Under the pieces are notes generated by a model. The model saw only the letters and a program-made list of their open reading frames with translations, made no database searches and was not told where the DNA came from. 64,000 bases of DNA from Salinispira sp. GTDB lineage: Bacteria; Spirochaetota; Spirochaetia; DSM-27196; Salinispiraceae. The position numbers and the translations under genes were made by a program. This document shows, in pieces, positions 60,254 to 64,000 of the stretch (positions are counted from its first letter, which is position 1; each line of letters starts with the position of its first letter). The stretch is from positions 224,001 through 288,000 of the forward strand of contig CBDDDG010000001.1 in assembly GCA_965226555.1 (NCBI GenBank), given 5' to 3'.

Positions 60254-60406
60254 TCTGGATCACGTTGTCAGACAGCGAAGAAATGATCAATTTGCTTAAA
60301 GCGCATACGGAGCAAAGCTCGGAGAGGGGCTGACTCCGCCTGCATCGCAGACCACATCAGCTTTTGAGCTTCAGCTCTTTGGCAGCGGGCACGGTCGCAG
60401 AGTTAA

Positions 60407-60970
60407 TTATTTGTTAACCCGCTCAACATATTCGCCAGTTTCCGTATTTACCAGTATTCGTTCATCCTGTTTGATAAAAATGGGAACCTTGACATTCAGA
60501 CCTGTTTCACAGCGGACCATTTTGGTCGCCCCTCCGACAGTGTCTCCCTTCAGGGCTTCAGGGGCTTCAACCACGGTAAAGGCCATTTTGGGAGGGAGCT
60601 GAATGTCTATAACCTTCTCAGAGAAAAATACAACACGGTATGTATCGCCTTCCTTAAGGTAGTGTTCCTTATCTTCCATGCCCCTTCTTTCAATGGGGTA
60701 CTGTTCATAGGTTTCCATATCCATGAAATGATATCCGTCATTATCGGCATACAGAAATTGGGCGCTCTTATCGAAGACATCGGCTTCTTCTACATTGTCA
60801 TTGGATTTGATAGTTTCGCGCAGAGATGAACCATTTATAAGATTTTTTAGTTTCACCCGCACAAAGGCGCTTCCCTTTCCCGGATTTATGAATTCACGTT
60901 CAACAACCGTATGAGGCGCATTTTTGATTATCAGGCACATTCCTTTGGAGATCTGACCGGCTTTTATCAT
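60407..60970 (-). CDS. efp: Elongation factor P
   Basis: PGKGSAFVR, FMDMETYEQ, ETGL..KVP.FI, GEYVER. Confidence 0.96.
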   Translation of the reverse strand: MIKAGQISKGMCLIIKNAPHTVVEREFINPGKGSAFVRVKLKNLINGSSLRETIKSNDNVEEADVFDKSAQFLYADNDGYHFMDMETYEQYPIERRGMEDKEHYLKEGDTYRVVFFSEKVIDIQLPPKMAFTVVEAPEALKGDTVGGATKMVRCETGLNVKVPIFIKQDERILVNTETGEYVERVNK

Positions 60971-60972
60971 AA

Positions 60973-62106
60973 TCAGCGATCCGCCAACGGCACTACCTGC
61001 CGGGGTTCAGGGCCGATATAAATGGCTGTTGGCCGGTAGATACGGTTATCTTCATACTGTTCAATAATATGCGCAATCCAACCCGAAACTCTGGAAGCCG
61101 CAAAAATGGGGGTAAACAATTGCGGCGGAATGCCCAGAAGATCGTACACGGAGCCGGAGAAAAAATCGACATTTGGATAAATGTCCTTATCATTTTTTTT
61201 CATATACTCGCCGGTTGTCCGTTCAATAGTTTTGAGAATGTGGTAGGAAGTATCATTCTTATTCTTTTCAGAAAGATTGATAAGGAATTCTTCCATGATG
61301 GTCGCCCGAGGATCTTTCACCTTGTATACACGGTGTCCCATGCCCATAATTTTTTCTCTGGCGGCAAGTTTTGCATGTACCCATGTTTCAGCATTATCAC
61401 GTGTTCCAATTTCAAGAACCATATTCATGACCCGTTCATTGGCGCCTCCGTGAAGACTCCCATACAGCGCGCCGATCGCAGCAGACACCGCGCTGCGGCA
61501 GGGAGCATTCGTTGATGCAACAACTCGGGCAGTAAATGTTGAAGCATTAAAATGATGCTCGGCATGCAGGGTAAAACAGGCATCCATAATAGTACCATCG
61601 AGCGCGTCAGGCTCTTCGCCATGCAGCATATACAGAAAGTTTGCTCCAAAGCTGAGGTCTGATCGCGGGGGCACACATTCCTCGCCCTGAGAAATACGGA
61701 ACCAGGCTGCAATTACCGTTGCAAGCTGAACAATCAGATTGATATGCGCCGAAGTCTCCGTACCGGAACTGTTCGTGCTGTTTTTGTAGGCATCGAGATA
61801 GACAATACAGGCCTGAAGAAGTTCCATGGGATGCCTGTCGCGCGGGAATGTTCGGATAATATCCAGAACCTCGGGCTGTATATCCCGATGAGCCCGTATT
61901 TCAGGAAGAAAACGGTCGTATTCCTTCTGCGTCGGAAGGTCTCCGTTCAGAAGCAGGTAAATTACTTCTTCAAAACATGTCTTGTGCGCCAGCTCGGAAA
62001 TTGGATATCCCCGATAGTATAGTTCACCGTTCTGACCATCAATTTTACAGATACGACTCTCAGCAACAACGACACCGGCCAGCCCTTTTGAATATTCAAT
62101 GTTCAT
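60973..62106 (-). CDS. gltA: Citrate synthase
   Basis: LHAEHHFNASTF, LHGGAN, GMGHRVYK..DPR, PNVDFFSG. Confidence 0.9.
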   Translation of the reverse strand: MNIEYSKGLAGVVVAESRICKIDGQNGELYYRGYPISELAHKTCFEEVIYLLLNGDLPTQKEYDRFLPEIRAHRDIQPEVLDIIRTFPRDRHPMELLQACIVYLDAYKNSTNSSGTETSAHINLIVQLATVIAAWFRISQGEECVPPRSDLSFGANFLYMLHGEEPDALDGTIMDACFTLHAEHHFNASTFTARVVASTNAPCRSAVSAAIGALYGSLHGGANERVMNMVLEIGTRDNAETWVHAKLAAREKIMGMGHRVYKVKDPRATIMEEFLINLSEKNKNDTSYHILKTIERTTGEYMKKNDKDIYPNVDFFSGSVYDLLGIPPQLFTPIFAASRVSGWIAHIIEQYEDNRIYRPTAIYIGPEPRQVVPLADR

Positions 62107-62135
62107 GGTCTATATTCCTCCATTTTTATTGTTTT

Positions 62136-63686
62136 TTATCTTTTGAGGCTGTGAAGGCTTCTGCCATGAACAGCAAGTGCTGCTTCCTTCACCGCCTCTG
62201 AAAGGGTTGGATGCGCGTGGACAATACGCGCGATATCTTCACTGGAGCCCTTCATCTCCATTACAGTAACAATTTCAGAAATCAGATCGCCTGCATCAGG
62301 GCCGACAATGTGCGCCCCGAGAATTTTGTCTGTTTTCGGATCAGTCAGAATTTTTACAAAGCCGGACTGAACACCCATGGTAAGCGCCCTTCCATTACCC
62401 GCGATGTTGAAAACACCCTTTTTATATTCCCGCTTGCTGCTTTTCAGCTGATCTTCCGAATATCCAACAGATGCTGCTTCGGGAACGGTATAAACAATTG
62501 ACGGAATTGCCTCATAATTCAGATGCGCAGGAATACCGTTCATGCGTTCTACCGCAACAAGTGCTTCATCTTCGGCCTTATGCGCGAGCTTCAAACCGGG
62601 AACAATGTCGCCAATGGCATATACGCCGCTCACATTGGTCTGATAATCGGCATCAACTGCAATGCTTGTATTATCGTCAGTCAATTTTATTCCCGCTTCC
62701 TGAATACCGGCAGACTGTATATCTGCTCGGCGGCCTGCCGCCGCAAGAAGTTTTTCTGCCCGCAATTCACCGCTTTCAAGGTTCAGGGTAATACCTGTTT
62801 TCAACGATTTGAAACCGGTAATGCAGGTGTTAAATATATACTCAATTCCTAATTGTTTCAATTCCCTCTGTAATACTCGGGAAATTTGACTGTCCCAGCC
62901 CGGCAGAATCTGTTTCATCATTTCAATAATGGTTACTTTGGTACCCAACGATGCCCATATAAAGGCCATTTCAACGCCAATAGCTCCGGCGCCGACAATA
63001 ATGAGGCTTTTCGGGATCGTATTGAAGGAAAGAGCGCCTGCCGAACTCACAATGTTTTTGCCATCGAAGGGGAGTTCAGAAAGTTCGACCGGAAGACTGC
63101 CTGTTGCCAGAAGAACACGCTTCGCGGTAATACTCTCACGTCCCTTTCCGGCAGGAGCAGAATTCGGCTGGTCGGGAGGGGCTGCGGAAGCAGACGGCGG
63201 GGCGGGGGCGGACGGAGGGGCGTCGGCAGTGGATGATGCAGAAGCTGATGGGCGATAATTCGGAGCGCCGAGAGAGGCAGCCCATGAGGAATGAGGATTT
63301 TCATAGATATCGACCCGATGCTCCTTCCCCGGACGAAGAACAGCCGTACCGTTAAAGCGCTGAATTTTATTTCCCTTTATGAGTCCGGCAACACCGGAAG
63401 TAAGTTTTTTTACAATGTCTTCTTTCCGGGACATGAGCTTCTTCAGGTTAAGAATAGGATTTTCAACCTCAATGCCGTGTTCGGGAAACTCTTTGAGCAG
63501 GCGCTGATATGCGCTGCCTGAATAGATAAGTGCCTTCGATGGAATGCAGCCGATGTTCAGGCAGGTGCCTCCGAGGCTCTCCATTTTTTCTACGAGGGCG
63601 GTCTTCATTCCGAGCTGCGCCGCACGGATAGCAGCAACATAGCCTCCCGGACCGCCCCCAATTATAATTAAATCAAAATCTGCCAT
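62136..63686 (-). CDS. lpdA: Dihydrolipoyl dehydrogenase with a Pro/Ala/Ser insertion
   Basis: GGGPGG, GGTCLNIGCIPSK, HAHPTLSE. Confidence 0.95.
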   Translation of the reverse strand: MADFDLIIIGGGPGGYVAAIRAAQLGMKTALVEKMESLGGTCLNIGCIPSKALIYSGSAYQRLLKEFPEHGIEVENPILNLKKLMSRKEDIVKKLTSGVAGLIKGNKIQRFNGTAVLRPGKEHRVDIYENPHSSWAASLGAPNYRPSASASSTADAPPSAPAPPSASAAPPDQPNSAPAGKGRESITAKRVLLATGSLPVELSELPFDGKNIVSSAGALSFNTIPKSLIIVGAGAIGVEMAFIWASLGTKVTIIEMMKQILPGWDSQISRVLQRELKQLGIEYIFNTCITGFKSLKTGITLNLESGELRAEKLLAAAGRRADIQSAGIQEAGIKLTDDNTSIAVDADYQTNVSGVYAIGDIVPGLKLAHKAEDEALVAVERMNGIPAHLNYEAIPSIVYTVPEAASVGYSEDQLKSSKREYKKGVFNIAGNGRALTMGVQSGFVKILTDPKTDKILGAHIVGPDAGDLISEIVTVMEMKGSSEDIARIVHAHPTLSEAVKEAALAVHGRSLHSLKR

Positions 63687-63710
63687 ATTCTTTCCTCATG
63701 CGGTCTCACG

Positions 63711-64000
63711 CTACAGTTCCAGAAGTAATCGGGCGGGGTCTTCAACCCCATCCTTGATCATACGGAGAAAGCCAATGGCTTCCCGTCCATCCAGAATACG
63801 ATGATCATATGTCAGCGCAAGGTACATCATTGGGCGGATAACAATTTCACCGTCCCGAACAACCGGCCGCTCCTGAATGCTGTGCATACCGAGAATGGCT
63901 GTCTGGGGCGGGTTCGGAATGGGCGTTGAAAGCATGGAACCGAAAACGCCTCCGTTTGAAATGGTAAAGGTGCCCCCCATGAGTTCATTCGGCATAATTT
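63711..64000 (-). CDS. sucB: Dihydrolipoyllysine succinyltransferase E2, C-terminal part (runs off the window)
   Basis: [32 protein letters not shown]. Confidence 0.9.
   Translation of the reverse strand, partial: IMPNELMGGTFTISNGGVFGSMLSTPIPNPPQTAILGMHSIQERPVVRDGEIVIRPMMYLALTYDHRILDGREAIGFLRMIKDGVEDPARLLLEL

Noticed and set aside
60250..60400. 27-aa ORF or structured RNA between the propeller gene and efp
   Set aside because: Too short, with no recognisable motif or convincing fold

Overview
Chromosomal window of a bacterium that is most likely a spirochaete with a host-associated, symbiont-like gene set. This is inferred from DUF2259, spirochaete-type lipoproteins and expanded ankyrin, Fn3/DUF285 and WSDG-propeller repeat lipoproteins. 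Core genes are proS, nadE, sdhAB-sucCD, tRNA-Arg(CCT), a KamA/EpmB gene, a sugar ABC operon, dusA, mnmA and sucB-lpdA-gltA-efp. They alternate with small accessory modules: a convergent R-M pair, a three-dynamin Eleos/LeoA-LeoBC-like operon, two Rpn/YhgA nuclease genes, an AAA_21 + DUF4276 pair, a fused PARIS-like ATPase-TOPRIM gene behind an HsdS tail, two more DNA methyltransferases, RhuM and one complete IS1182 with a 4-bp target duplication. Three patterns go beyond ordinary annotation. (1) About 19 copies of an AT-rich palindrome (TAGAAANTTTTGC-Nx-GCAAAANTTT) abut stop codons, promoters, module boundaries and gene-truncation junctions. (2) A GC-rich 41-bp repeat family forms perfect 45-bp inverted repeats around an Rpn nuclease gene, a REPtron-like layout, and tags the 3' ends of paralogous genes. 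(3) Several toxic effectors appear broken while their methylases, ATPases or intragenic antitoxins are kept, and promoter/N-terminal segments are reused between unrelated genes. No CRISPR array, rRNA or reverse transcriptase was seen. All family calls come from motif recognition by eye, not database searches.
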